A stretch of 64,000 bases of DNA from an uncultured bacterium (GCA_963814495.1 CAWFDJ010000032.1:1259-65258), one strand, 5' to 3'; positions 44,245 to 55,237 are shown, counted from the stretch's first letter. The notes: generated from the letters alone by a model not told the origin. Numbers and translations: made by a program.

Positions 44245-44292
44245 CCCGGGGTTTACACCCCGGGCTACTCCATGTCAGCCCCTGCGGGGCTG
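44245..44292. repeat. Double-hairpin REP-like element between ftsH and folE
   Basis: cccggggt-ttac-accccggg (44245-44264) followed by cagcccc-tgc-ggggctg (44276-44292). Confidence 0.55.
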
Positions 44293-44303
44293 TGATGCGG
44301 GGG

Positions 44304-46271
44304 TTATTCGGGTTGGATGGCGGGCTTGCCCTTGACCGGGGAGGGCTTCCGGCGCTTGCCGGGCTCGGGCTCCGGAGCCGGGGGCACTTCCTGCCTGACC
44401 TTGACGGCCTCCAGCTCGCGCCCCTCCATGATGGCCAGGAGCTCTTCCTTCTCGATGGTCTCGCGCTCCATCAGGGTGGAGGCGATCTTCTTGAGCAGGT
44501 CCAGCTGCTCGGTGAGGATGCGCCGGGCCTCGTTGTAGGCGTCGTCCACCAGCCGCCTGATCTCCTGGTCGATCTCGTAGGCGATCTGGTCCGAGTAGTC
44601 CGGCTGGGAGGCGAAGTCCCGGCCGAGGAAGACCTCCCCCGGCTTCTGCCCGAGGGTGAGGGGGCCGAGCCGGTCGCTCATGCCGTACTCGCAGACCATC
44701 TGGCGGGCGACCTTGGTGGCCCGTTCGATGTCGTTCTGGTCGCCGGTGGTGATGTCGCCGAAGATCATCTCCTCGGCCACCCGGCCGCCCAGGAGCATGG
44801 CCAGCTCGTCGATGAGCTCGGAGCGGGTCACCAGGTACTTGTCCTCCATGGGGAGGGTGAGGGTGTATCCCAGCGAGCGGCCGCGCGGGATGATGGAGAT
44901 CTTGTGCACCGGGTCGGCGTTGGGCAGGGTGTGCGCGACCAGGGCGTGTCCGGCCTCGTGGAAGGCGATGATCTCCTTCTCCTTGTCGCTGATGAGCCTG
45001 GTCTTCTTCTCCGGCCCGGCGATGACCCTGTCGATGGACTCCTCCAGCTCATCCATGTCGATCTCCTTCTTGCTGTGGCGGGCGGCCAGCAGGGCCGCCT
45101 CGTTCACCAGGTTGGCCAGGTCGGCCCCGGTGAAGCCGGGAGTACGCCGCGCCAGGACCTCCAGGTCGACCTCGCGGGCCATCGGCTTCCCCTTGGCGTG
45201 AACGTCGAGGATGCCTATCCTGCCCTTGAGGTCCGGGCGCTCCACCACGATCTGGCGGTCGAAGCGGCCCGGCCTGAGCAGGGCCGGGTCGAGGATGTCC
45301 GGGCGGTTGGTGGCGGCGATGAGGATGACCCCGGACTTGGTGTCGAAGCCGTCCATCTCCACCAGCAGCTGGTTGAGGGTCTGCTCGCGCTCGTCGTGTC
45401 CTCCCCCCAGCCCGGCGCCGCGGTGCCGTCCCACCGCGTCGATCTCGTCCATGAAGATGATGGCCGGGGCGCTCCCCTTGGCCTGCTCGAAGAGGTCGCG
45501 CACGCGGGACGCGCCCACGCCCACGAACATCTCCACGAAATCGGAGCCCGAGATGGAGAAGTACGGCACTCCCGCCTCCCCCGCCACCGCCTTGGCCAGC
45601 AGGGTCTTGCCGGTGCCGGGGGGGCCGAACAGCAATACCCCCTTGGGTATCTTGGCCCCCAGGGCCTGGAACTTGCCGGGGTTCTCGAGGAACTCCTTGA
45701 TCTCCTCCAGCTCCTCCACCGCCTCGTCCAGGCCGGCCACGTCCTTGAAGGTGATCTTGGGGTGGTCCCGGTTGGCCACCTTGGCCCGGCTCTTGCCGAA
45801 GGCCATGATCTTGTTGCCGCCCCCCTGCATCCTCTCCAGGAAGAAGAAGAAGATGACGAAGATGAGCACGAAGGGCAGCAGGCTGATGACCACCCCCATC
45901 AGGTCGATACCGCCCTGCGGGTCGGTCTTGACCTCCAGGCCGGCGTAGCCCCGGTAGCGCTCGGCCACCTCCGGGTTGCTGCTCTGCGACCTGGACCGGT
46001 AGTCGTCGATCTGCCCCACCAGCTCGTCCGTGTAGTCCGCCGGGAAGGCCACCTCGTACTGCTCGCCGCTGATGACCTCCCCGGCGACCTTGTGGTCCTT
46101 GTCCAGGATGGTCACCGTCTTGATCTGGCCGGCTTCCAGCTCGTCGCTGAACCAGCTCAGGTCGTGGGCCTTCTTGTCGTCGGTAGGCCACTTGTACCAC
46201 GCGATGAGCAGGATGAGCACGATGACCAGGTAGAACATGAAGGTCCGCGCGCGTTTTCCTCCCAGGTTCAC
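44304..46271 (-). CDS. ftsH: ATP-dependent zinc metalloprotease FtsH
   Basis: Two TMs, [27 protein letters not shown]. Confidence 0.98.
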   Translation of the reverse strand: MNLGGKRARTFMFYLVIVLILLIAWYKWPTDDKKAHDLSWFSDELEAGQIKTVTILDKDHKVAGEVISGEQYEVAFPADYTDELVGQIDDYRSRSQSSNPEVAERYRGYAGLEVKTDPQGGIDLMGVVISLLPFVLIFVIFFFFLERMQGGGNKIMAFGKSRAKVANRDHPKITFKDVAGLDEAVEELEEIKEFLENPGKFQALGAKIPKGVLLFGPPGTGKTLLAKAVAGEAGVPYFSISGSDFVEMFVGVGASRVRDLFEQAKGSAPAIIFMDEIDAVGRHRGAGLGGGHDEREQTLNQLLVEMDGFDTKSGVILIAATNRPDILDPALLRPGRFDRQIVVERPDLKGRIGILDVHAKGKPMAREVDLEVLARRTPGFTGADLANLVNEAALLAARHSKKEIDMDELEESIDRVIAGPEKKTRLISDKEKEIIAFHEAGHALVAHTLPNADPVHKISIIPRGRSLGYTLTLPMEDKYLVTRSELIDELAMLLGGRVAEEMIFGDITTGDQNDIERATKVARQMVCEYGMSDRLGPLTLGQKPGEVFLGRDFASQPDYSDQIAYEIDQEIRRLVDDAYNEARRILTEQLDLLKKIASTLMERETIEKEELLAIMEGRELEAVKVRQEVPPAPEPEPGKRRKPSPVKGKPAIQPE

Positions 46272-46375
46272 GCTTTTCTCATCTCCGTTTCCATCTCCAT
46301 ATACTCCTCAAAGTCTTAGTCGACCGTGTTATCCCCGATATTAACGGCCCCGCCCGCTGACGTCAGTGACGCCGG

Positions 46376-46918
46376 TCATGCCGGCCGGCCCGCGGCCCCT
46401 TCCTCCATCACTCCCACGTACGGCAGGCCCCGGAACCTCTCCGCGCAGTCCAGGCCGTAGCCCACCACGAAGTGGTCGGGCACCTCAAAGCCGCAGTACC
46501 GCACGGGGATGTCCACCTTCCGCGCCTCCGGCTTGGAGAGCAGGGCGCAGATCTCCACCGAGGCCGGCTCTCGCGTCTTGAGCGAGCGCACCAGGTAATC
46601 CAGGGTCAGGCCGGAGTCGACGATGTCCTCCACGATGAGGACGTCCTGTCCCGCGATGTCCAGGTCCAGGTCCTTGATGATGCTCACCACCCCCGACGAC
46701 TTGGTGTCCATGCCGTAACTGGATACCGCCATGAAGTCGATGCGCACCGGCAGGTCGATGTGGCGCGCCAGGTCGGCCAGGACCACGAACGCCCCCTTGA
46801 GCACCCCCACCAGGATCAGGCTCCCGGAGGCGTAGTCGCGGGTTATCTCCTCGCCCATCTCCCGGATGCGCGCGTCCAGCCGCTCTTTCTCTATCAATAC
46901 CGCCGGCCTGCCTGGCAT
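46376..46918 (-). CDS. hpt: Hypoxanthine phosphoribosyltransferase
   Basis: VLKGA, VSSYG, VLIVEDIVDSGLTL, FVVGYGLD. Confidence 0.95.
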   Translation of the reverse strand: MPGRPAVLIEKERLDARIREMGEEITRDYASGSLILVGVLKGAFVVLADLARHIDLPVRIDFMAVSSYGMDTKSSGVVSIIKDLDLDIAGQDVLIVEDIVDSGLTLDYLVRSLKTREPASVEICALLSKPEARKVDIPVRYCGFEVPDHFVVGYGLDCAERFRGLPYVGVMEEGAAGRPA

Positions 46919-46946
46919 GTCCGTTCCTTTCCTTCCGGGGCCTACC

Positions 46947-48389
46947 TTACCCATTATACCCGTTGTCGGGGGGCTCCGCCCCGGCGCGGAGGCGGGCGAC
47001 GCGGCGGGTGCTCGCGGTCACCTTGAAGCGGTCGTCGATCCGCTGGCCCACCAGCCAGGCGATGCGCCCGTCCGAGAGCACCGCCAGGGTGCGCGAGCGG
47101 AGGCGCCGGGGTACCTTGGCGTCGGTGAGGAAGTCCTGCACCTTGCGGCTGCCCGGCGCGCCCAGGGGGAAGAAGCGGTCGCCGGGCCGGATCAACCGGG
47201 CCTGCAGGGGGAATTCCAGCCGGTCCAGGTCGAGGAACGCCTCCCAGGGCCCCTGGCCGGTGATCTCGTCCATGCCGGGTACGTCCTCGAGGAACTCCAC
47301 CTCGAGGGATATGCCGGCCGCGGCGAAGAGGTGGTCCCCCTCGCCTTCTATCAGCGTCTCCCGGGATTCCGGGCCCCCCGGGGGAGGTTCGGCTTCCCCG
47401 CTCTTGAACACCACCACCCTGTCGTACTCGCGCACGGCCTCCCACCCGGAGGGCAGGGCCATGCGGCTGCCGCTGCGGCCGCCGCAGATGTTCACGCGCA
47501 GGTCCTCCACCAGCTGGAAGGTGGGCCGGATGCCCATGGCCAGGAGCTTCCGCCAGAGCAGCAGGCGCCGGCCGGCCAGCGGCAGCTCGTCGAAGGCGTT
47601 CAGCTCGATGGCGGCGGCGGCGGAGACCGGGATGTCCTGCCAGCCTTCCGGCACCGCCTCGGCCCTCTCCTCCGCCAGCAGCTCGAGGACGCGGGCCAGG
47701 CTCGCCTTGACAGCGGGGTTGAACTCGCTCTCCAGGTAGGGCAGGAGCCCATGCCGCACCCGGTTGCGGGGGACGGCGGGGTCCAGGTTGGTGGGGTCGC
47801 TCAGCGGGGGCAGGGGCAGGCATCCCAGATAATCCCCCAGCTCGCTCTCCCACACCTCGATGAGGGGGCGGATGTAGGGGCCGCGCACCGGCGGGATGGA
47901 GGCGAGGGCTCGCGGGCCCGCCCCGGTCACCAGCCGCAGCAGAAAGGTCTCCACCCGGTCATCCGCCTGGTGCCCCAGGGCCGCCCGGTCGAACCCGCCG
48001 CCCGCGAGCCGCCGCTCCAGCGCGGCGTAGCGCGCTTCGCGGGCCGCTTCCTCCGGGCTCATGCGTCCCCGGGCGCCCCGCCGCTCGACCTCCACCCGCT
48101 CCGAGGCGAAGGGAAGCCCGTAAGCAGCGGCCACCCGGCCCACGTATTCGGCATCGTCGGCGGAGGCGGGCCTCAGGCCGTGATCGACGTGGAAGACCTC
48201 CAGGCGCAACGCCATGGGGTCGCTGAGCCGCCACAGGACGTCCAGGAGCACCAGTGAGTCGGGGCCGCCGGAGACGGCCACCAGTACCTTCTCTCCTCCC
48301 TGGAGCATGCCGTACCTGTCGATGGAGCGCCTGGCCTTCTCCAGGACCCTGTAAGCCTTACGCGGCAGCTTGTGCACGACGGCAGCCAC
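46947..48389 (-). CDS. tilS: tRNA(Ile)-lysidine synthetase
   Basis: AVSGGPDS, HVDHGLR, EEAAREARY, HQADDRVET, RNRVR. Confidence 0.95.
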   Translation of the reverse strand: MAAVVHKLPRKAYRVLEKARRSIDRYGMLQGGEKVLVAVSGGPDSLVLLDVLWRLSDPMALRLEVFHVDHGLRPASADDAEYVGRVAAAYGLPFASERVEVERRGARGRMSPEEAAREARYAALERRLAGGGFDRAALGHQADDRVETFLLRLVTGAGPRALASIPPVRGPYIRPLIEVWESELGDYLGCLPLPPLSDPTNLDPAVPRNRVRHGLLPYLESEFNPAVKASLARVLELLAEERAEAVPEGWQDIPVSAAAAIELNAFDELPLAGRRLLLWRKLLAMGIRPTFQLVEDLRVNICGGRSGSRMALPSGWEAVREYDRVVVFKSGEAEPPPGGPESRETLIEGEGDHLFAAAGISLEVEFLEDVPGMDEITGQGPWEAFLDLDRLEFPLQARLIRPGDRFFPLGAPGSRKVQDFLTDAKVPRRLRSRTLAVLSDGRIAWLVGQRIDDRFKVTASTRRVARLRAGAEPPDNGYNG

Positions 48390-48396
48390 CCTCCCG

Positions 48397-49318
48397 CTAC
48401 CATATGCCGGAGGGGCTGTTCACGCGGGTCACCATCCACAGGCCTTCCACGTAGTCCAGTTCCACCGTGAACTCCTCCGGGGCGGACTCGCCGTAGTCCA
48501 CGGCGACCTGGATGACGGCCCAGTCCATGCCCTCTTCCTGCGCGGTCTCCACGCCCAGCATCTCGCACCCGGCCTCGATGCCGGAGGCGCGCGCCTCCCC
48601 CACCCGGGCGGAGAGGTCCTCCGCGCCGTACTCCTCCAGGATGGGGGAGTAGGGGGAAAGGAGGTAGTACATGGCTTCCCCGTCGCCCCGGCTGAACGAC
48701 TCGTACCAGAGGGCCAGGACGTCTTCCGGCCCCTGGCACCGGGGGCGGCTCGAGGTCCCCCGGCGGCGGGGTCGGGCTGGGTTGCTGCAGGGCCGCCGCC
48801 TGCAGGGCCTTGGCCAGGCCCCAGACGTCTTCCTCGACCTTGGCCCCGTTGTACTCCTGGGCGTCCTGGTAGTCCCCCAGGGACTGCCGGGCCCGGGCGG
48901 CCAGGCTCTCCAGGTCCGGGACCTCCCCCTCCGCGCCCAGCATGGCCACGTCCAGGTAGTCCTGCAGGCCTCCCAGGTAGGATCCGTAGTCGGAGAGGAA
49001 GGCCTCCAGCAGGCCGTTGAACTTCTCCTGGTAATCGGGGACCAGGATGCGGCGGTCGAGGTCCTGCCGGAAGGAGTCGGTGGCCTGGCGGGCCTCCCCG
49101 GCCAGCAGCCGGAGGCGCTCCGCCCCGCCCTCCTCCGCCAGGCCTTCCAGGCCCTGCACCAGCCATTCGGTCCGCGCTTCGATGGCCGGCCACCTCGAGA
49201 GGACCTTCTCCACGTAACGGTCGACGGGGTTGCCGCAGCCGTAGACCTGCACCAGCAGGATGCCGGCGAAGGCTATCACTATGGCTATGGCGTGCAGTCT
49301 CCCGTTTGCGCGCATCAT
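48397..49318 (-). CDS. Hypothetical lipoprotein (helical N-domain, Pro linker, small C-terminal domain); frameshifted
   Basis: MMRANGRLHAIAIVIAFAGILLVQVYG-C lipobox-like signal; TGATG coupling to upstream stop; C-terminal part in ORF 48397-48672. Confidence 0.65.
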
Positions 49319-49761
49319 CAGTCCCGGTGCCAGTAGACCCTGGCGAAGGTCGATTTCTCCTGCCACTGGATGTCCAGCTGGCCGTGGTAGGCCTTTTCGA
49401 ATTCCTTACCGAGCCGTTCCGCCAGGGCCTGGTCGGTGGTCTCGATGATTATCTCCTTCTCCTTCTCCTCGATGTGGGCGATGCGGGCCGCGATGTTCTT
49501 CTTCAGCTTCTTCTCGGCCACGCTGTGGATGAGGTTCTTCGCTTCCTCCCGGTGCCCGAGGAGAAAGTCGCCGGACAGGTGGACCACCCCGTCCACCCGG
49601 CCCCGGGCCACCCTGTCACATCCCGGGCAGAGGCTGCGCTCCCAGTCGTGCCCGCGCATCCCCTTCTCCCTCAAGCCCTCGTCAAAAACCCATTTCTCCT
49701 CGACACAGACCGCGTAGCATGAAGGACAGATCTTCATACGTTCCTCCTTCGTAGCGAACAT
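49318..49761 (-). CDS. BCAM0308-family (NMD3-like zinc-ribbon) protein
   Basis: CPSC...W...CPGC, GVVHLSG, ETTDQALAERLGK..AYHG..W...RVYW.R pattern. Confidence 0.75.
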   Translation of the reverse strand: MFATKEERMKICPSCYAVCVEEKWVFDEGLREKGMRGHDWERSLCPGCDRVARGRVDGVVHLSGDFLLGHREEAKNLIHSVAEKKLKKNIAARIAHIEEKEKEIIIETTDQALAERLGKEFEKAYHGQLDIQWQEKSTFARVYWHRD

Positions 49762-49826
49762 GGCCTCTCCATTCCTATATACCCCGGGGGGACGCCTTCA
49801 TGCGCCCCACGGGAACACGCTTTCCG

Positions 49827-50939
49827 TCAGTCATAGGCACGGGGTACCCGCTTTCCCAGGCCGCATACGATCTCGTAGTTAATGGTATCGGCAAGCGCGG
49901 CCATCTCCTCCACGCTGATGTGGTCGGCTCCCGAGGCCCCGATGAGCACGACCTCCTCCCCGGGCTCGCGGGCGTCGTCCCCCAGGTCCAGCATGCAGTA
50001 GTCCATGCAGATGGTGCCGGCCTGGCGATAGCGCCTGCCGCCGATGAGGGCGGACATGCGGTTGGAGAGGCGCCGGTTCAGGCCGTCGCCGTAGCCCATG
50101 GGGACCACCCCGATCCAGGCGTCCCGCTCCAGCCGGCAGGTGAGCCCGTAGCTGACGCCCTCACCCGCGCGGGCCCGGAAGACGTGGGCCAGGGAGGTGG
50201 TCAGCCGCAGCGCGGGCTGGAGCTCGATGGTGCCCTCGAAGGCCGGGCCGGGGTAGAGCCCGTACATGGCTATCCCGATGCGCACCATGTCCAGTTCCGC
50301 CTCGGGCAGGCAGAGGGCGGCCCCGCTAGCCGACGCGTGCTTGCAGGCGAAGGAGTGCCCGGCCTTCTCCAGCCTCTCGACCGCGTCGAGGAACAGCTCC
50401 AGCTGGGACCGGGCGAAGGGCGAGCCCGGCTCCGAGGCCGTGGCGAAGTGGGTGTAGACGCCCTCGATCTCCAGCGACCCGAGCCCGCCGACGAAGGCGG
50501 CCTCGTCCACGCAGGCCGCCGGGTCCATGCCCACGCGGTGCATCCCCGTGTCCAGCTTGAGATGGACGGGGACGCGCCTGCCCGCCCGCGCGGCGGCGCT
50601 GTCGAGCGCTTCCGCGTAGGCGCGCGTGTAGACGGCGGAGACCAGCTCCAGCTCCACCACCCGCGCGGCGGCGGAGGGAGGGGGCTCGAACAGCAGTTGG
50701 GTGGGGGCCGATATCCCCGCCTCCCGCAAGCGTTCCCCCTCCTCGACCAGGGCCACGCCGAGGCGGGACGCCCCCGCGTCCAGGGCGGCGCGCGAGACCT
50801 CCAGGTCCCCGTGGCCGTAGGCGTCGGACTTCACCACCGCCATGATGGCGGTGGTGGGCCGGAGGCGCGAGCGGAAGAGCTCGAGGTTGGCGGCGACGGC
50901 TTGCGTGGAGATACGGGCCAGGGTGGGGCGCCAGATCAA
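49827..50939 (-). CDS. alr: Alanine racemase
   Basis: AVVKSDAYGHG, KLDTGMHRVG, VRIGIAMYG, VSYG, GYGDG, ICMD, TINYE. Confidence 0.96.
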   Translation of the reverse strand: MIWRPTLARISTQAVAANLELFRSRLRPTTAIMAVVKSDAYGHGDLEVSRAALDAGASRLGVALVEEGERLREAGISAPTQLLFEPPPSAAARVVELELVSAVYTRAYAEALDSAAARAGRRVPVHLKLDTGMHRVGMDPAACVDEAAFVGGLGSLEIEGVYTHFATASEPGSPFARSQLELFLDAVERLEKAGHSFACKHASASGAALCLPEAELDMVRIGIAMYGLYPGPAFEGTIELQPALRLTTSLAHVFRARAGEGVSYGLTCRLERDAWIGVVPMGYGDGLNRRLSNRMSALIGGRRYRQAGTICMDYCMLDLGDDAREPGEEVVLIGASGADHISVEEMAALADTINYEIVCGLGKRVPRAYD

Positions 50940-51409
50940 CCGGAAGCCCCCTCCCGGGCCAGGGCCCTGACGATATCGGCCCGGGTGATCAACCCGACCA
51001 GCGAGCCCTCGTCCACCACCAGGATGTACTCGTAGTCCTTGTCCACCAGGATCGAGGCGATCTCGGTGATGTCCGAGTCGAGCCCGGTGGTGGGAAAGGT
51101 CGTGTCCATGACCTCCCCGGCCGTCGCGCCCACCGCCTTCTTCAGCTCGCTCTCGAACTTCTTCGTGGAGCCGGGCAGCATGATGTAGCCCTCGAGGAAA
51201 TGGAAGAAGGTGGGGTAATGGACCCGGGCGTCCTGGTGGACCAGGTCCTCCTCGGAGACCACTCCCACCAGCTGGTCCTGCTCGTCGAAGATGGGGACGA
51301 CGCGCAGGCGGTTGTCGGCCATGAGGCCGGCGATCTCGCTCACCGGCGTGTCCGTCCGGGCGCTGATGATGTCTGAGGTCATGATGTTCCTGGCGGTAAC
51401 GCTTGGCAT
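50936..51409 (-). CDS. CBS-domain (pair) protein
   Basis: ARNIMT, VPI, LVGVVSEEDL, LVGLITRADIV. Confidence 0.9.
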   Translation of the reverse strand: MPSVTARNIMTSDIISARTDTPVSEIAGLMADNRLRVVPIFDEQDQLVGVVSEEDLVHQDARVHYPTFFHFLEGYIMLPGSTKKFESELKKAVGATAGEVMDTTFPTTGLDSDITEIASILVDKDYEYILVVDEGSLVGLITRADIVRALAREGASG

Positions 51410-51439
51410 CTTCTCTCTCCTTTGGTCCTGTAAGGCTCG

Positions 51440-52969
51440 TCAACTCCTGGCCCTGGCCAGGGGCAGGTGGGAGAGGATGTCCCCCGCCACCATGCCCACC
51501 TCGCCCGTGAGGTGGGCGGCCAGTTCTCCCGCCTTGCCGTGCAGGTAGACCCCACAGCAGGCGGCGGTGAAGGCTTCGACCCCCTGCGCCAGGAAAGTGG
51601 CGACGCAGCCGGTGAGCACGTCCCCGCTGCCCGCGGTGGCCATCCCCGGGTGGCCGGAGGTGTTGATGCCGATCCTCCCGCCGGCGTCGGCCACCACCGT
51701 GTGCGCCCCTTTGAGGGCGACCACGCAGCCGTATTCCGCGGCCGCCCGGGCAGCCGCGCCGATGCGGTCCTCCTGGATCTCGCGGGTGGAGAGGCCTGTC
51801 AGCCGGCTCAACTCGCCCGGGTGGGGGGTGATGACCAGGGGAGCCTTGCGGCCGGCCAGCCGGTCTCCCTGTCCCTCCAGGCAGTTGATCCCGTCCGCGT
51901 CCAGCACCACCGGCACCTCCGCCCGGGCCAGCAGCCCCTCCACCAGCCGGGCGGTGCCCGCCTCCCGCGCCAGGCCGGGCCCCACCGCCAGCGCGTCGAA
52001 CCCCTCGAGGGCCTCGAGGACGGGGCCCAGGGCCTCCTCGCTCACGTGGCCCGGCGGGCCTTCCGGCAGGGGGATGGTCATGACCTCGGTCAGCTTGATC
52101 TCCATGATCAGGTTGAGGCCGGCCGCCACCCCCAGGGTGACCACGCCCGCTCCGCTCCTCAGGGCCGAGCGCGCCGCGAGCGCGGCCGCGCCGGTGAGGC
52201 CGGGAGAGCCGGCCACGACGAGCACCCTGCCGCACTGCCCCTTGTGGGCGTCGGGCGGGCGCGCCGGGTATTCCTTTTCGATGGCGTAATCGATGGCCTC
52301 CATGCGGCTGTCCGCCGCCTCGTCCAGCAACCCGGGCCGTATGCCGATGTCCCGGACCACCAGGTCCCCCACCAGCTCCGCGCCGGGATAAAGGTACAGG
52401 CCGGTCTTGGGGTAGGCGAAGGTCACCGTGCGGCCGGCCCTGACGGCCGGGCCTTCCACCCGGCCCGTGCGGCCGTCCACCCCGGAGGGGACGTCCACCG
52501 CCAGCACCGGCCGGCCGGCCCGGTTGACGGCCTCGATGCACTCGCCGTAAACGCCCCCGGCGGTCCCCTTGAAACCGATGCCGAAGATGGCGTCGATGAC
52601 CAGGTCCGCGGGGTCCATCGCCGCGGCCAGGGCTTCCCGGTCGTATCCGTGCCAGGCCAGGCCGGCGGCCTCCATCCTCTCCAGGTTGCTCTTGGCGTCG
52701 GGGTGGAGGTCGGCGGGCCCGTCCAGCAGGAAGACCTCCACGTATGCGCCCCACTCCGCCAGGTAGCGGGCGGCCACCAGCCCGTCCCCGCCGTTCTTCC
52801 CCTTGGCTGAGACGATCACCACGCGCTTGTCCATGCAGCTGTTGAGCATGTCCCGGGCCTGCTCCGCCGTGGTCCGGCCGGCCCGCTCCATCAGCTGGAG
52901 GGGGTCGGCCCCGCGCTCGACGGCCAGCGCGTCGAGGGCCTGCATCTCGTCGGGCCAGATGACTCTCAT
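51440..52969 (-). CDS. nnr: Bifunctional NAD(P)H-hydrate epimerase/dehydratase
   Basis: LMERAG, GKNGGDG, DAIFGIG, DVPSG, HKG..G, VGPGL, LDADG, TPHPGE, MATAGSGDVL. Confidence 0.95.
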   Translation of the reverse strand: MRVIWPDEMQALDALAVERGADPLQLMERAGRTTAEQARDMLNSCMDKRVVIVSAKGKNGGDGLVAARYLAEWGAYVEVFLLDGPADLHPDAKSNLERMEAAGLAWHGYDREALAAAMDPADLVIDAIFGIGFKGTAGGVYGECIEAVNRAGRPVLAVDVPSGVDGRTGRVEGPAVRAGRTVTFAYPKTGLYLYPGAELVGDLVVRDIGIRPGLLDEAADSRMEAIDYAIEKEYPARPPDAHKGQCGRVLVVAGSPGLTGAAALAARSALRSGAGVVTLGVAAGLNLIMEIKLTEVMTIPLPEGPPGHVSEEALGPVLEALEGFDALAVGPGLAREAGTARLVEGLLARAEVPVVLDADGINCLEGQGDRLAGRKAPLVITPHPGELSRLTGLSTREIQEDRIGAAARAAAEYGCVVALKGAHTVVADAGGRIGINTSGHPGMATAGSGDVLTGCVATFLAQGVEAFTAACCGVYLHGKAGELAAHLTGEVGMVAGDILSHLPLARARS

Positions 52970-53355
52970 GCCTCACCACCCTCGCGGGACACCAGCACCG
53001 TGGCCACCGCGCATTCCTTCTCGTGCGCCAGGCTCAGGGAGATCTCTCCCGGCTTGAGGCCGCGCAGTTCCTCCCGCGTACCGCCGGAGATGCTCAGGCA
53101 GGGACGGCCGTCCTCCATGCTCACCTCGTAATCGAGGAACCGCAAGGCCTTCAGCCCTCCGCCGAGCGCCTTGAAGGCGGCCTCCTTGGCCGCGAAGCGG
53201 GCCGCGTAATGGCGGGCCGGGTCGGAGAAGCGCTCGCAGTAGTCCCTCTCCCCGGGGGTGAAGACGCGCTGCGCGAACTCGGGATGCCTCCGCATGATCC
53301 CGCGGATGCGCTCCACCTCCACGATGTCGACCCCGATGCGGTGTGAGTGTCTCAT
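52966..53355 (-). CDS. acpS: Holo-[acyl-carrier-protein] synthase
   Basis: IGVDIVEVERI, AARFAAKEA..KA, SLAHE. Confidence 0.94.
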   Translation of the reverse strand: MRHSHRIGVDIVEVERIRGIMRRHPEFAQRVFTPGERDYCERFSDPARHYAARFAAKEAAFKALGGGLKALRFLDYEVSMEDGRPCLSISGGTREELRGLKPGEISLSLAHEKECAVATVLVSREGGEA

Positions 53356-53404
53356 GCCACCACCGTCTCCCTTTCAGCGATGCCCTTCGCCCACGGGCCG
53401 CGGC

Positions 53405-55237
53405 CTATTCCACGGTGACCGTCTTGGCCAGGTTGCGCGGCTGGTCAACGTTGCACCCGCGCTTCCTGGCGATGTGGTAGGCCAGCATCTGCAGCACCGG
53501 GGTGATGAGGATGGGGTTGAGGATGGGGTCCACCTCCGGCACGTAGATGACCTGGTCGCAGTGGGCCGCGATGTCCGGGTCACCCTCGGTGGCCACGGCC
53601 AGGACGGGCGCGCGGCGCGCCCTGATCTCCTCCAGGTTGCTGACCATCTTCTCGTATACGGCGTCCCGGGGGGCCAGCGCCACCACCGGGAAGCCGGGGT
53701 GGAGCAGGGCGATGGGCCCGTGCTTCATCTCCCCGGCGGGATAACCTTCCGCGTGGATGTAGGATATCTCCTTGAGCTTCAAGGCCCCCTCCATGGCCAC
53801 CGGGTAGTTGATGTTGCGGCCCAGGAAGAGAAAATCTTCACTCTGATAATATTTATCGGCGTACTCCTCCACCCTGGCGTCGGCCTCCAGCACCTTCTCC
53901 AGGTAGGCGGGGATGGACTCCAGTTCCCTCATCATCCTCTGGATATAGGACCTCTCCAGGGAGCGCATGCGCCCGGCCAGGTACAGCCCCAGCAGGTACA
54001 CCGCCGCGATCTGGACGATGAAGGTCTTGGTGGCGGCCACGCCGATCTCCGGTCCCGCGTGGGTGTAGATGGCCGCGTCGGCGTCGGCGGTCATCTGGCT
54101 GCCCACCGTGTTGACGATGCACACGGTGCGCGACTTCCGCTCCAGGGCGCCCCGCAGGGCGGCCATGGTGTCGGCCGTCTCCCCCGACTGGCTGATGGCC
54201 ACCACCAGGGTCCGCGGGTCCAGCTTGGGCTCCCGGTAACGGAACTCGGAGGCGATGTCCACCTCCACCGGGATGTCCATCCAGCGCTCGAAGACGTACC
54301 GGGCCAGCAGCGCGGCGTGGTAGGAGGTGCCGCAGGCTATGAAGATGACGCGCGCCAGGCCGCGCGGGTCGATGAGGTCGGGTGGGAGGAGGTCGGGTTT
54401 GAACCCCTTGAGGGGGTCGAAGGGGTTGCCCCGCAGGGTGTCCGCCCAGGCCGTGGGCTGCTCGTGGATCTCCTTGAGCATGAAGTCCTCGTAGCCGCCC
54501 TTCTCCGCGGCGTCCACGTCGTAGGTGGCCTCGAAGACCTCCCGCTCCTGCGGCGTCCCCGCCAGGTCGGTGATCTCCAGGCGGCCGTCTCCCACCAGCG
54601 CGACGTCCCCGCTTGAGAGGAGCACCGCCCGGCGCGTGTACCGCAGGAAGGCGGGTATGGCGGAGGCCAGGAACATCTCACCGTCGCCCACGCCCACCAG
54701 CAGGGGGCTGTCCTTGCGCGCCCCCACCATCACGCCCGGGGCGTCCAGGGAGAAGCAGGCGATGGCGTAGGAGCCCCTGACCTGCCTCAAGGCCAGGCGT
54801 ACCGCCCCGGCCAGGTCGGAGCCGTCGAAGTTCTCCTCGATCAGGTGGACCAGGACCTCCGAGTCGGTCTCCGAGGCGAAGTGGTGGCCCCGTTCCTGCA
54901 GGCCCCGCTTGAGCTCGTGGAAATTCTCGAGAATGCCGTTGTGCACCAGGGTGATGCGGCCTTTACAGTCCAGGTGGGGGTGGGCGTTGACCTCGGAGGG
55001 CTGCCCGTGGGTGGCCCAGCGGGTGTGCCCGATGCCCATCTGCCCGTCCACCTTGCGGCCGCCCAGGGCGGCCTCCAGGCGGTCCAGGTTGCCCTCACTC
55101 TTGATGGTGAGGATGCGGGAGTCCTCCCGGACCGAGACCCCGGCCGAGTCGTAGCCGCGGTATTCCAGGCTGCGCAGCCCCTCCAGCAGGAGCGTCCCCT
55201 TGTCCCGGGGGCCGATGTATCCGACAATCCCGCACAT
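53405..55237 (-). CDS. glmS: Glutamine--fructose-6-phosphate transaminase
   Basis: MCGIVGY start at 55237, LEYRGYDSAG, GHTRWATHG, SQSGETADT, PRNLAKTVTVE. Confidence 0.98.
   Translation of the reverse strand: MCGIVGYIGPRDKGTLLLEGLRSLEYRGYDSAGVSVREDSRILTIKSEGNLDRLEAALGGRKVDGQMGIGHTRWATHGQPSEVNAHPHLDCKGRITLVHNGILENFHELKRGLQERGHHFASETDSEVLVHLIEENFDGSDLAGAVRLALRQVRGSYAIACFSLDAPGVMVGARKDSPLLVGVGDGEMFLASAIPAFLRYTRRAVLLSSGDVALVGDGRLEITDLAGTPQEREVFEATYDVDAAEKGGYEDFMLKEIHEQPTAWADTLRGNPFDPLKGFKPDLLPPDLIDPRGLARVIFIACGTSYHAALLARYVFERWMDIPVEVDIASEFRYREPKLDPRTLVVAISQSGETADTMAALRGALERKSRTVCIVNTVGSQMTADADAAIYTHAGPEIGVAATKTFIVQIAAVYLLGLYLAGRMRSLERSYIQRMMRELESIPAYLEKVLEADARVEEYADKYYQSEDFLFLGRNINYPVAMEGALKLKEISYIHAEGYPAGEMKHGPIALLHPGFPVVALAPRDAVYEKMVSNLEEIRARRAPVLAVATEGDPDIAAHCDQVIYVPEVDPILNPILITPVLQMLAYHIARKRGCNVDQPRNLAKTVTVE

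Noticed and set aside
49827-52979. 1050-aa ORF suggesting an alr fusion
   Set aside because: The upstream part is an off-frame read-through of nnr and the CBS gene; alr begins at TTG 50939
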